Shown one piece after another: positions 24,201-37,200 of a stretch of DNA of 64,000 nucleotides. Numbering within the stretch: position 1 is the first letter of the stretch; every line of letters begins with the position of its first letter. Where the stretch lies: NCBI GenBank assembly GCA_951406725.2, contig OX597821.1, forward strand, positions 115,568,001-115,632,000. Reading direction: 5' to 3'. This stretch comes from Octopus vulgaris. Taxonomy: Eukaryota. The translations under genes were made by a program, and so were the position numbers. The notes below the pieces were generated by a model. It worked only from the letters and a program-made list of their open reading frames with translations, was not told the origin of the DNA and did not search any database.

Positions 24201-26619
24201 CTGGTGAGTGACTTCATGCCATACCATTAAGACTTCGTTTAGATGCAGTCTGCTACTATATTTGTATTATGTTTAGCAGCACTGTGCCCACTGGTATTTG
24301 ATGCCATCCTGAGATCATCGATATTGATGTTGTTCCTGTTCTACTTGAACAGTAACAAGTTGGTGGCTGCACAAAAAACATGGGCAAAGAGGGAATTCGA
24401 CACTGAAAGGATGAAAGGCAAAGTCGACCTCAGCGGAATTTGAACTCAGAACGTAACGGCAGACGAAATATGGCTATGCATTTCACCTGGCGTGCTAACG
24501 TTTCTGCCAGCTCGCAATATGGGGAACAGACGAGCTTGTGGGCTGTGGATACTAGAAAGCAATCTCTACATTTCAGAGGATGGTCTTCCAGGAATTACTG
24601 TAGTGGATAAAATCTGTTAAATTTGTAAGAGTGGGTGATTTTTTTTTCTAAGTCTTTTGAAAGTTACATAAAAAATATATACTTTCCAAATGAAAAAAGT
24701 TATTTAAAACTTTCAATAGAAATGATCTTTTTTTTTAATCTAACTAAACCTAAATTATTTGAAAGGAGAATGTCAAAACAAAGAAAGCAGAGAGTGGTGT
24801 TATATTGCAAACAATTACAGCATATGAAGGAGTGCCAGGTCTTTTTAAAAAAATTGTTTAAACACACTTTGATTGGTTAAACTTGTGCAAAACTCACTTT
24901 AATGGCTTCATACTATATCATCATCATCATCATCATCATTTAATGTCCACTTTCCATGCTAGCATGGGTTGGACGATTTTGACTGAGGGCTGGCGAACCT
25001 GATAGCTGCACCAGGCTCCAATCTTGATTTGGCAGAGTTTCTACAGCTAGATGCCCTTCCTAATGCCAACCACACCGAGAGTGTAGTGGGTGTTTTTTAC
25101 GCGCCACCGGCATGGGGGCCAGTCAGGCGGTACTGGCAACGACCTCGCTCGAATCTTTTTACACATGCCACCGGCACAGGTGCCAGTAAGGTGACGTTGG
25201 TAACGATCACGCTCGAATGGTACCCTGTTATGTGCCACCGGCATGGAAGCCACGAAGGTCAATTCTTGCAACACATTTCTTCTTTGGCATCTTTGGGGAA
25301 GCTTTACTTTTCTTCTAATCACGTACCAGCTTTTCATTTCTTCTGCACTTCTATATTGCTGCAGTTTTGTTTGAAGAAATCTGAAATTCAACAACTTTTA
25401 ATTTGAAAGTAGCTTCATATTTCATTCTTTTTGTTGATGGCGCTATGGGAATAAAATATATTCAGCTTTAATATTTGAAAGAGATCACAATGGAATCTGA
25501 ACAGTTAAAACAAGTGACTAACTATGTTGAGCATTGGTCATGTGGACTTGGTAACGCCATTGTCTATTTGTACACATCTCTGCTGCAAATAACAGAAGGT
25601 GGTTTAAGTACTTTGCAGAAATGTTATTTAATTTATTATATGAGATATGGTATGTATATTATAACTATCAGTTAAGTCTACTTTAGGGCAGTCATCTGTA
25701 AGTATTGTTTACTTAAGTATTTTGTCGAAAGTGTAATAGTATATATGTATTATAATGATCAGCTAGAAAAGTGTTTTCTCAAGTGCTTCCTGGGGAGGGT
25801 AGTTGAGCATCTTTATGAGTAATGGGGTCAAAGGGGATGGTGGTGAGGTGATAGCTACATCTGTATAGTTTTTTTTTAGTTTTTGTTTTTTATTGAATTT
25901 CACAAAAGTTTTAAATGTGATGTTATGATAAACTGCTCGTTAACTATGATCCAAACAATTATAACAATTACAGTAGCAATGACAATCATTATCATCATCA
26001 TCATCATCATCATTATTATCATCAACAACATTTAATGTCCATTTTCCATAGTGGAATGAATGGGATAGTTTAACAGAATCTGATGTGCTGCAGGACTACA
26101 CTGAGTTCCGTTGTCAGATTTGACATGGTTTCTCTGTTTGGATGCCCTTCTTAATGCCATCATTAACAACAATAATATACTTCGAAATTTGTATATTCAT
26201 TTGAAATGAATAAGAACAATAAATTAAAGTATAATTTAAAAAAAGACATTGTCAAAATCTGTGGGTATTTCCATACAGGTAACGAAGGTGGTCATTGCAC
26301 CTGTTGCATTATGTGACATTCTTACTGACTTGCACATGCATATATATGGAATCATTTCTATTTCTTATCCCCTCAGACCACTCTATTTCTATCAATCATC
26401 CCTTTTCTCTACCTTCAGCCACTGCTCTCTCTCTCCCCTCTATTATTCTCCATTATAACCAAACACCTCTCTTATCTGCTATCATTCTCATATCTACCAT
26501 CATGTCCCACTTACTATAGCCCCTTTATATCTCCCTTTCTACTGTTCCTATGCCTTGCACATCATTCTACTACTTTGTTTGATTCTCCTTCCTGATCCAC
26601 TCCAATATCTTCCACCTTG

Positions 26620-26804
26620 AAGGCGGGGAGCTGACAGAAACGTTAGCAGGAGTGGCTGTGTGGTAAGTAGCTTGCTAACCAACCACATGGTTCCGGGTTC
26701 AGTCCCACTGCGTGGCATCTTGGGCAAGTGTCTTCTGCTATAGTCCCGGGCCGACCAATGCCTTGTGAGTGGATTTGGCAGACGGAAACTGAAAGAAGCC
26801 TGTC

Positions 26805-26851
<47 letters not shown>

Positions 26852-27286
26852 TGTGTGTGTATATGTTTGTGTGTCTGTGTTTGTCCCCCTAGCATTGCTT
26901 GACAACCGATGCTGGTGTGTTTACGTCCCCGTCACTTAGCGGTTCGGCAAAAGAGACCGATAGAATAAGTACTAGGCTTACAAAGAATAAGTCCCGGGGT
27001 CGATTTGCTCGACTAAAGGCGGTGCTCCAGCATGGCCGCAGTTAAATGACTGAAACAAGTAAAAGAGAGTAAAAAGAGAGTATGCCGGGCGAAATGCGTG
27101 GCTGTATTTCGTCTGTTGTTACATTCTGAGTTCAAGTTCCGCTGAGGTCGACTTTGCCTTTCATCCTTTCGGGGTTGATTAAATAAGTACCAGTTATTCA
27201 CTGGGGTCGATATAATCGACTTAATCCGTTTATCTGTCCTTGTTTGTCCCCTCTATGTTTAGCCTCTTGTGGGTAATAAAGAAATA
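26620..27286 (+). mobile_element. Nested SINEs: microsatellite-type SINE inside a Meta-like SINE, with a 15-bp TSD
   Basis: The outer head is split at about 26647 and resumes at about 27083. TSD aatatcttccacctt at 26604-26618 and 27287-27301. Confidence 0.85.
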
Positions 27287-27833
27287 AATATCTTCCACCT
27301 TACCCCTCTACATACTGGTATTTCCCATCATCCACAGCCTCATCCTTATTCATCACTCACTACATTAACCTCTTTATTCTTCCCTGACACTCTTATCCCC
27401 CCCCCCCCCCCACGACCCACTGCCGCTATCCTCTCTTAAGCTCACTTTCTTGTAACTTGAGTGTTTGCTCCAGCACCTCATCACCACCTTCCTTTTATCT
27501 GTTTCAGCCATGTAATTCCCCCTATAGCAATACAGTAGGTAAAGGCCTAACACCTAAGAATCTTTAAGATTGACTTGTATACTAGATCAGTCTACAAGCC
27601 ATGGTTTACAGTTATCATTGATAAATATTTATGAGATATAATGCAAATAGTAGCTATAAATAGGGCTCCTCAAACATGTTTTTCCAAGCTATTTATTATT
27701 TATGTTGTTGTTGTCATTCTTGTATCTGTTATTGTTGTTGTTTTTTGAACTGTTATTTCTGCTCATTATTTTAAATGCTATTCTTGTCTTCCGGATATAT
27801 TTTTATTGCTGCAATTTCTTGTTTTCCAGCATA

Positions 27834-28218
27834 ATGAACAACTCTACAATCGCACCCAGCCCAGGAGACTGTTCCATAAACAATCTATATCCTGCTATTG
27901 TACAATGTTTTGCTGTTATCTTCGCTGGTTATTGGGCCGGATGGACAAAAATAATTACTTTCAAAACTGGAAAAAGCATTGGAATTTTTGTATGGAATTT
28001 CTGCTTACCAGCAATGGTCATGCAAGGAATGTGGGAACTCCGTTGGGAAGAAGTTAACTACAAATTCATTTTGTGTGTCTTAGTCTCTAAACTCATCATC
28101 TTCACTTTGGTCATATTAGTCACTTTTATTACCTACCGTCCAATCAACTTTGGTTATGCTGGAATTTTTGGTATTTTTACTACATGCAGCAATGATTTTG
28201 CCCTTGGCTATCCAATAT
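27834..28218 (+). CDS. GPR155: GPR155 coding exon 1
   Basis: Acceptor ttttccag ends at 27829, ATG at 27834. MNNST...SNDFALGYPI, donor gtaagt, phase 1. Confidence 0.92.
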
Positions 28219-31200
28219 GTAAGTATACAGTATATTTTAATAATTATTTGCATCAGCTATTTCTAGTTCTGTAATAAAGAGAGTATTTTAAGCATAATTG
28301 TCTTACTCATGTACATTTTCTCCTTCATGAAAAAAGAAAATTTGAAGGTTTTTATTTTACTTCTTTTTGATTTTAATTTGAAACTCTACCATATATTTTG
28401 TGACCAAGTTACTCGTATAGTTAATCAAGTTGTCCACAATGGAGTCACATCCAACTACTGGTGTAGCAGCATTTTAGTCAACTGTTACGAAGGTGACACC
28501 TTAGACAGAAACAACTACAGAGGTATCAAATTGCTGGACTGGATCATGAAAGTTACAGAGAGGGTCATAGCTTAACTAATTTGAAAGAGAGTCTAGACGA
28601 GATGTAGTTTGGTTTTGTGCCAGGGAGAAGTACTGCTGGTGCTATCTTTCTAGTAAGGCAACTGCAGGAGAAGCATGTGGCTGAAAATAAAACACCTCTA
28701 CTTGGCTTTTGTTGACATGGAGAAAGCCTTTGACAGGGTCTGCTCCCTTATCTGGTGGTCAGTGCAGAAGCTAGAGATAGAAGAGTAGCTGGTGACAGCT
28801 GTACAAATCAAGTACAGAGATGCTGTCAATAAGGTGAAAATTGGTAATGAGTATAGCAATGAATTTAGTGTACAAGTAGGAGCTCACCAAGGATCACTCC
28901 TCATGTTTATCAGTCCTCCAGGCCATAGTAGACGAATTTAAGACTGGTTACCTTTAGGAGCTCCTCTATGTTGATGACCTTGTTCTTATAGCTAAATCTC
29001 TACTAGAATTAGAGAGCGGTGGAAGAAACACTAACTCATGGGTCACTACATTAGAAATCAATACATCAAAATATTGAGTTATCCTCTGATGTATTATCTG
29101 ATCAAATATTTGCAAAACAGGGGACTCTGATAAAGGCACTCAGGATCCAAGGAGCTGTGTTAATTGGGCAATATTTCTATTTTGTTTTTATTAATATATT
29201 TGGTTCCTTTCCCTATATTCTCCAAGGAGGCTGAATCCCTATAATATGTACTTTAAGCATGGTACATATATATATGACTTTGAAAAGGTGGCATCGTCAT
29301 GCTAGTGGCACGTAAAAAGCACCCACTACACTCTCGGATTGGTTGGCATTAGGAAGGGCATCCAGCTGTAGAAGCTTTACCAGATCAGATGACGATGAAG
29401 GAGTAGTAATTGGAGAAAAACCAGAGAGATAGCTCAAGGCCTAACTTTTGCACATGAAAAACAATGGATAGAAAACTAACAGTTCCAGCAGCAGAAACTG
29501 TTTGAGACTATATATTGTTGTTATTGTTGTCATAGTCATTTTTATATGAGATTGTTGTTAGCATATCATCATCATTTAATGTCCATTATCCATGCTGGTA
29601 TGGGTTGGACTGTTTGACCAGAGCTGGCAAGCTGAATAGCTGTACCAGGCTCCAGTCTGATTTGGCATGGTTTCTATGGCTGGATGCCTTTCCTAATGCC
29701 AACCACTTTACAGAGTGTGCTGAGTGCTTTTTACATGGCACCAACACAAGATTCTTGCTGGCCAATCCTCTTCATCAAGATGAGTGACCTTAACACTTCT
29801 GCTGTAGAGCACAGGCCTTCTTGAGTACAGCAAGGCATCAAGTATCTTGGTCCTTTGTCCTCTTGTTTGAAAGGTTCAGCATCCTTATCAAATGCTGCTG
29901 AATTATTCAGGTACTACAAGAGTTAACTTTATCTTCTTCTGGTTGCCCAGAATTGATAAAATATATGTACCAGATATGTATTGTGGTTGATTCTATTAAC
30001 TACATACCAATTACCCAAGCTATCATTAGCCTTTGACCTTCAGATATTTGGGGTTATTTTTTCAGAGATTTTATACAAATTGCTAAACCAGTTGAGAGTT
30101 ATAACAATGTTATTACAAAATATGGTTAGCTTGTATATGATGCAGTTTGTGCTTGTACTAAAATGCAGAGCCATAGATGGCATATCTCTGATGATGGCAA
30201 CTGCAGGAGTAGTTTTCATTTAAAACCAAACTACTCTACATTTAAAGTTATACATAGAAAAAAGGGTTATTACTGTCCACCAGACTATTAAAACTAGTCT
30301 GGTGGACAGTAAAGAACTAGATGTAAATGATTGGCTTGTGAGTGTCAATCACGCCATCATCATCACCATCATCACCGTTTAATGTCCGCTTTCCATGCTA
30401 GCATGGGTTGGACGATTTTGACTGAGGACTGGCGAACCAGATGGCTGCACCAAACTCCAATCTTGATCTGGCAGAGTTTCTACAGCTGGATGCCCTTCCT
30501 AATGCCAACCACTCCGAGAGTGTAGTGGGTGCTTTTTACGTGTTACCAGCACGAGGGCCAGTCAGGTGGTACTGGCAACGACCTCGCTCGAATCTTTTTA
30601 CACATGCCACTAAGGTGATGTTGATAATGATCATGCTCAACTGGTGCTCTTTTACGTGCCACTGGCACAGAAGCCAGTTGGCTGCTCTGGCAATGATCAT
30701 GCTCGTATGGTGCTCTTTGCACCCCGCTCGTACGTGGCAGCAAATTCAGAAAGAGATACAGTGTATTGGTAGGCTTTCACATTAGTCCCTTTCTATTTGT
30801 TATAGTTTTTGAGGCTTTAACAGAAGACTAATCAACATTGGGTACTTTAATGTTCCGATGACTTGGTTCTCATAGCAAAATCCGTTGCAGAGTTGGAAGT
30901 AAAGTCCTAAATCTGGAAGAATAGTCCAGAGTTCAAAGCAATAACTTTTTAATTTTTAAAATATTAATATAGCAATGTTCAAAATTCTCATAAGAAAGGA
31001 AGTGTGGATGTTCAGGGATCTCTCGCTTCTATTTGCAAAAAAATAGACAATTTATCTCTGCAAAAGGCAGTCAGTGTGAAGCATGTTTAAGACGTCTGAC
31101 ACAACATAGTAGTGAGGCTTGGGTATTGATTGTGGAAGATCTGTAGAGGCTAGAGAGAAACGCAAGGAGCATAATGGTTAGATGAATAATATTAATATGG

Positions 31201-34200
31201 ATGGAAAGCAGAGCATAATTGAACAGGAGAAGTAAACCAGTGTATACAAGAGAGACAACGACTGCACTGGTACAGGCAAGGGATCTTTTCGGTTTGACCG
31301 GCAGTTTTTTAAAATAATTTCCAGGTAACTAAAAAATTTTAAACTTCGTATACTGGTAGAATGTGTTTATAAAACATCTTTTTCTCCTGGCTTTATTGAG
31401 AAAATTCTATAGTTTGTAAGATATTTGTTGTTTTTTTTTCTTCAATTTCTGCAATTTCAACCAATCAACGACGTCTATTGAGGTAAAAAAAAACATTCTG
31501 TGCCGTATGAATATGTCCCTCGTTTAAGAAACAGATTGGGTTTATTTACATTTCTGAAGAAAAAAAGATACCCTTCGCCCCACCCCTAACCCTAACTAAC
31601 CCTAACTCTAACCTTAACCCTAAAACAGATTGAAATGCAATAGATCGATACTAGGGTCATAATTATGGGTGACAATTTCATATGACACCACTAGAAAAAA
31701 CTGCCGGTCAAACCGAAAAGATCCCAGGCATGTAGTATGAATAAAAGATTGATTATTGGATATAGGCTGATGGTTGAAGGTGCCCGAGATGGAGGAAGAC
31801 ATGAGAAATTGTGTAGTAAGTTCTTGGGATAATGGATCACATGAATTAATGAAAGATTGAAAGTGGTGACTCATTGTAGGCTAGCACGGAAAAACACATT
31901 CACATTACACTGTAATAAAATCTGTCTGTGATTATGCAACATATTCCATTACTTAAATAGAGGTCAATGTTAACATACTAAATTATTCACTTTCCAGAAA
32001 AATTCCTAGAAGTGTTTCTTTTTTTTTTACACAATATAAGCTTTTATTAAGTGTATATTAATCAGTTATGTTTTATCAAATTATTTTATTACTTGTATTT
32101 TTACTTCTTTTTATTGCAGTGAAAGCCTTATATGGTGACAATTCAATATATCTTAAATATATCTACCTGTTTGCTCCCATCTCGTTAGCTTTGATTAACC
32201 CTATTTGTTTCATCATGATGGAAATACATAAAAATCGAAATCCTGATAATTTTCAAGAAAACAGAAAACAACCTTATGTAAATTTAAAAATTCTTGTGGA
32301 TGTAATCAAAAATCCCATAGTATTTATGACAATATTGGGAATTATGTTCAATTTTATCTTTCAACAAACAATTCCCATCATTATAAAAAATATTCTGACT
32401 GTGTTAGGTAAGTAACAATGTTTTTAATACTTTATTATATTTGGTCTTCTTAATTCAAGTGCTGCATTGTGTTTCTACAATTTCCAAATTAGCAAAAATG
32501 AGTGCAAAAACATTTTTGGTAGTCCGATTATATGATTGTATTTTGAGTCCATCATTCATTCTCCATTTGAACACTTCATTTATGCTTCTAATATTGTTAA
32601 CACTTTTTATATTAAGCTACTTAAGACTATCCATATTGATTTTCCATAAAAATCTATATATTGTGTCATATATATGGTACTTAAATCAAAAACAAAATCA
32701 AATTCGATGACTGGCGTCCGTGCTAGTGGGGTGCAAAGAGCCCCATACGAGTGTGATCATTGACAGAGCGTAAAAGCACTCACTACACTCTAGGAGTGGT
32801 TGGTGTTAGGAAGGGCATCCAGCTGTAGAAACTCTGCCAAATCAAGATTGGAGCCTGGTACAGCCATCTGCTTCGCCAGCCCTCAGTCATTCATCCAACC
32901 CATGCTAGCATTGAAAGCGGACATTAAACGATGATGATGATGGTACTTTATACCAAGATATATAGTTATAGATATTTTACTGAACTTCTAAAAAATCTTG
33001 ATTATTTAAAAAATAAACTGAAAATTAGAGATGGTTAAGAAATATTTGATTCATGTAAAGTCTTGTTTGTCTGCTTTCCTTCACCTTTAAAAGGAGATCT
33101 TGAAACTTATGAAAAAATTCAGTATAACGTCCGAGTCAATTCATTCATTTTGTATTGGTTGATGTGGACAATCTTGGTCGCTAAAACACAGACTTTGAAA
33201 TCAAAAAATATAATTTGTAAATAAGACCAATCCCATATTTTATAAGCAGCAGTTTTAATTTTACCTTATTTTTGCGGTAACTTGTTATGTGTCTCTTTGA
33301 TGTGAATGTACAACTTATTCAAAATACTGCAAGTAGAACATCAAGAATTTGCATTGGTGTCATTCTACAAGATGTGTGTGTCTCATTGTTTTTGTTTGTT
33401 TGTGATAAATTGTTATGATAAAAATGTACTCTGAGGATAATTATCTTGCTTATGAAATACATGTTTAAACAATTTCAAAAATCAAGATTAATTTTAATCA
33501 CAGAACATTATAAACTTTATTTAACTTTTTTTTTTATTGTTGTATTTTAATGTTATTTTTCATTTCCAGGTAATGCCTTTGCTGCATCTGCCCTCTTCTA
33601 CCTTGGTCTGAATTTGGTTGGAAAAACTAAGAATCAGCTTGGTATCCAATTAGTTGTTCCATTTTTATTGGTTCTTGCTAAAACGTATGTCTATATTTCT
33701 TATTTTACAAAAAAAAAAAAGAAAAAGAAACTAAAAAAAAACAAAAAAAAATCAATGTGAATTTTGATGGCTAATGTGTTATGATGATTACTGGTTGCTT
33801 GATGGTTAATGGGTTAGAAGCCGATGGGTTGACAGTTACCCGACCATTGTTTTATCAAAAATTTCTTCAAATCATTTGACCCTTAACTCCTTACACTTTA
33901 TGGGAGTAGAGCCACATCCAGTTCATGACTCCTGGATATCCCTCTGCTACCACACTCTCTTCTACTGTCTGTATTGCAACCTGCACCTTCCTGGGTGCTT
34001 GAGGTACCCCAGAGCCAAGGTACCTTGAATGTTGTCACCAACTTAGTCTGAGACACAGTTGAACAAAGGGTGAATTATACCTTTGGAAATTCACCTCTTT
34101 CATTACTCTTTAAGAACTCGGGTTCTCTTTCTCCCAGAAACTGAAAGCTGTTCCAGGATATCGTAGACAGATTTGTCCACAAACCACCCTTATTCCCACC

Positions 34201-37200
34201 TCTATAGCAAGAACTTTGGTTTGGAAGCCAGATTCTCTCAATTTGATGGCTAAACTACCTATTTCTGTCTTGTTGGTGTGGGTTTCCTCCATTCTGGCAG
34301 AACCACTTGCTTTTTGATGAAAGTGAGTAGGGGGGGGGTATGATATTCATTCTCATGCCAAACTTGTTGAGTGTACAACACAAAATGTTTGTTTATTGTT
34401 TCTCACATTATTGTCACTTAATCAGTTTCATCTTATGTTTTCAGATTATTGTTACCACTTGTAACCTGGCAAGTTATCTATATTGTCAAGCCAGGGGCTA
34501 ATGCAAATGAAACAAGCTCACTTAGCATGAATGGTTTTCTTTATGGAACATTCCCTACTGCTCCATCAGCCTTCATCTATGCAAGCCAGTATTCCATTGC
34601 TACCAGTATTGTAAGTCTACCGTTTTCTAGAGTTTGGTATTTTATAGATGTTACAGTCAAGTTTGTCATTGCTCATATGGTCAAAATCTTTCAGCTTATC
34701 ACTACTAAAATTATGTTTTCATTTTCATCATCATCATCATCCTCATCATCGTTTAACGTCCGCTTTCCATGCTCGCACGGGTTGGACAGTTTGACTGGGG
34801 TCTGGGAAGCCAGGAGGCTGCACCAGGCTCCAGTCTAAGCTGGCAGTGTTTCTACAGCTGGATGCTCTTCCTAACGTCAACCACTCTGAGAGTATAGTGG
34901 GTGCTTTTTACGTGCCACCGGGACAGGTGCCAGGGGAGGCTGGCAGCGGCCACATTTGGTTGGTGCTTTTTACGTGCCACCAGCACAGAAGCCAGTCAAT
35001 AAATATTAATTCGTCCAACACATGCTAGCATGGAAAGCAGACGTTAAATGATGATGATGATGATGATTAATGTTGCTTTTTATCTTATTTGAGTTGCTAA
35101 AATAAAGTCCATGTAGAGTAATTGGGTCATCAATTTTGACAAAACTCCTTACCTCAGAATTGCTGGCCTTGTGCCTAAAAATAGAAATATCATTACTTTT
35201 TTCATCATTGTTTTTGTTATTGCTGCTGTAGTTGTTTTCATAGTGTTCATTATAATCATCTTTAATGTTGCTGTAACCATATTTATAAACAACAATACTA
35301 TTGCTACATTTTATTTGATGCTGTCTAGTTGACATCATCATCATCATCATCATATGCATAATTGTTTCTGTTTTCCCTTCTCCATTATAGTTAGCAACTT
35401 CATTGTTAATCATCATCATCATCATCAATATAAGCTCTTTAGCATTAATAATTCAATAATGTAAAATACATTGTCTATTCAGTAAGATTAAGGCGGCGAG
35501 CTGGCAGAATCGTTAGCACGCCGGGCGAATTGCTTAGCAGTATTTTGTCTGCCGCTACGTTCTGAGTTCAAAAAGCACCCACTACACTCATAGAGTAGTT
35601 GGCGTTAGGAAGGGCACCCAGCTGTAGAAACACTGCCAGACCAGATTGGAGCCTGGTGCAGCCTCCTGGCTTCCCAGACCCCAGTCAAACCATCCAACCC
35701 ATGCTAGCATGGAAAGCGGACGTTAAACGATGATAATGATGATGATGATTGTGGAGGCATGTAGCCTTGTGGTTAGGCTGTTGCACTCATGATCTCTAGA
35801 TTGTGGGTTCAGTTCCCAGACTGGGCAGTGCATTGCATTCTGGAGCAAAGCACTTCAATTCCTGTTGCTCCAGTCCCACTTCTGATCAGTGGGTGTGTGG
35901 GGGAGAATGTTGGCCTGCTCACCTAGCCATTTGAAGGCTAAAACAATGCAAAGCACATTGTGACAAGTGACATGTAACAACATCAGACAGCCTGGTCAGT
36001 CATTGATCGTGATCTCGATCACTTGATTGTATCTATTATTTGAATTTGTGGTGGTTTTCCTGCTACCATAGAGTATCTTTAGAAGATTCATGTATTGATA
36101 GTTTGTTCAAGTGGCACTGCTTTTATGCTGACCTGATTCAGTTAGTTTGAAAACTTGAGAGCTATTGTTAACAGCCTAGTGTTTGTTTCTGTTGTTGCCA
36201 TGGTTTTAGTGATAGAACTTTCATGGCTAACATCTCAAAAAGGTGTTAACTTTTGTCTGAATCAAGTATGCTTTCTACAAGTTGAGTCTGTGACTCAGTT
36301 ATGTTTCCTGATTGTAGCTAAGTCACTTAATTTACATTTCCAGTGCCCTTGAGGAAGGCATCATAGCTCTGAAATTGTCCCAAATAAATGAGATAACAAT
36401 ATAAATTGTAGTTGGTCTACACATACTTGGCTCCTTTGGAAACTTCCAGTTACCAACTAATTTAGCTAAATTAATATTTATTGTACAAACGATATGTCAG
36501 CTGCTTTGTGCCATTCACCATCTTGTTTGTTCCTTCTCGAGCCATGCCCGGCTCATAAGGGCCGGTTTCTTGGCGTATAGGTTCCCCACCTGGATGGGAT
36601 GCCGGTCCATCGTAGGTAAGCTGCAAGATGCAGGAGGAAAGAGTGAGAGAAAGTTGTGGCGAAAGAGTCAGCAGAAGTTTCGCCATTACCTTCTGTCGGA
36701 GCCGTGTGGAGCTTAGGTGTTTCACTCATAAATGCACACATCGTCCGGTCTGAGATTCGAACCCACAATCCCTTGACTACGAGTCCGCTGCTCTAACCAC
36801 TAGGCCATGTGCCTCCACACATTCACCATCTTAATTAACAATAGACTACACACCAGGAAAGGAAGCTCATCTTACATTTGCAGACATCTTCAAACATTGG
36901 ATCATCATCAAACTGTTGAACTGTGTCTTTTGTTTACTTTTCGTTTATTACAACATCAATGATTTCTGTTTATCTGAGTTTGTTAACTCTATCATCATCA
37001 CTCTTCTAGACTCACTCAGTGTACCTGTTATGTTTTAGTGTCATCTCCATAAACTGTACAATAGCATTGCTCTTGAACTCAAAATCCAACCATTTAAAAG
37101 GTTTTAATTACTGTTCTTCCTTCTCAAATTAACTAATGAATAAATAACTGACTTTCCCTTATAATTTTCAGTTGCTTTGCCTACCTAAAAAAAACCCAGT

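Noticed and set aside
27702-27833. Hydrophobic N-terminal extension of GPR155
   Set aside because: It is T-rich intron sequence ending in a canonical acceptor at 27829.
31584-31623. Telomere or chromosome-fusion site
   Set aside because: The few TAACCC units are internal to a MITE present twice in the window.
36345-36382. Degenerate hammerhead-like string (TTGAGGA...GAAA ttg TC)
   Set aside because: C3 is missing, stem III is not palindromic and stem II is poor.
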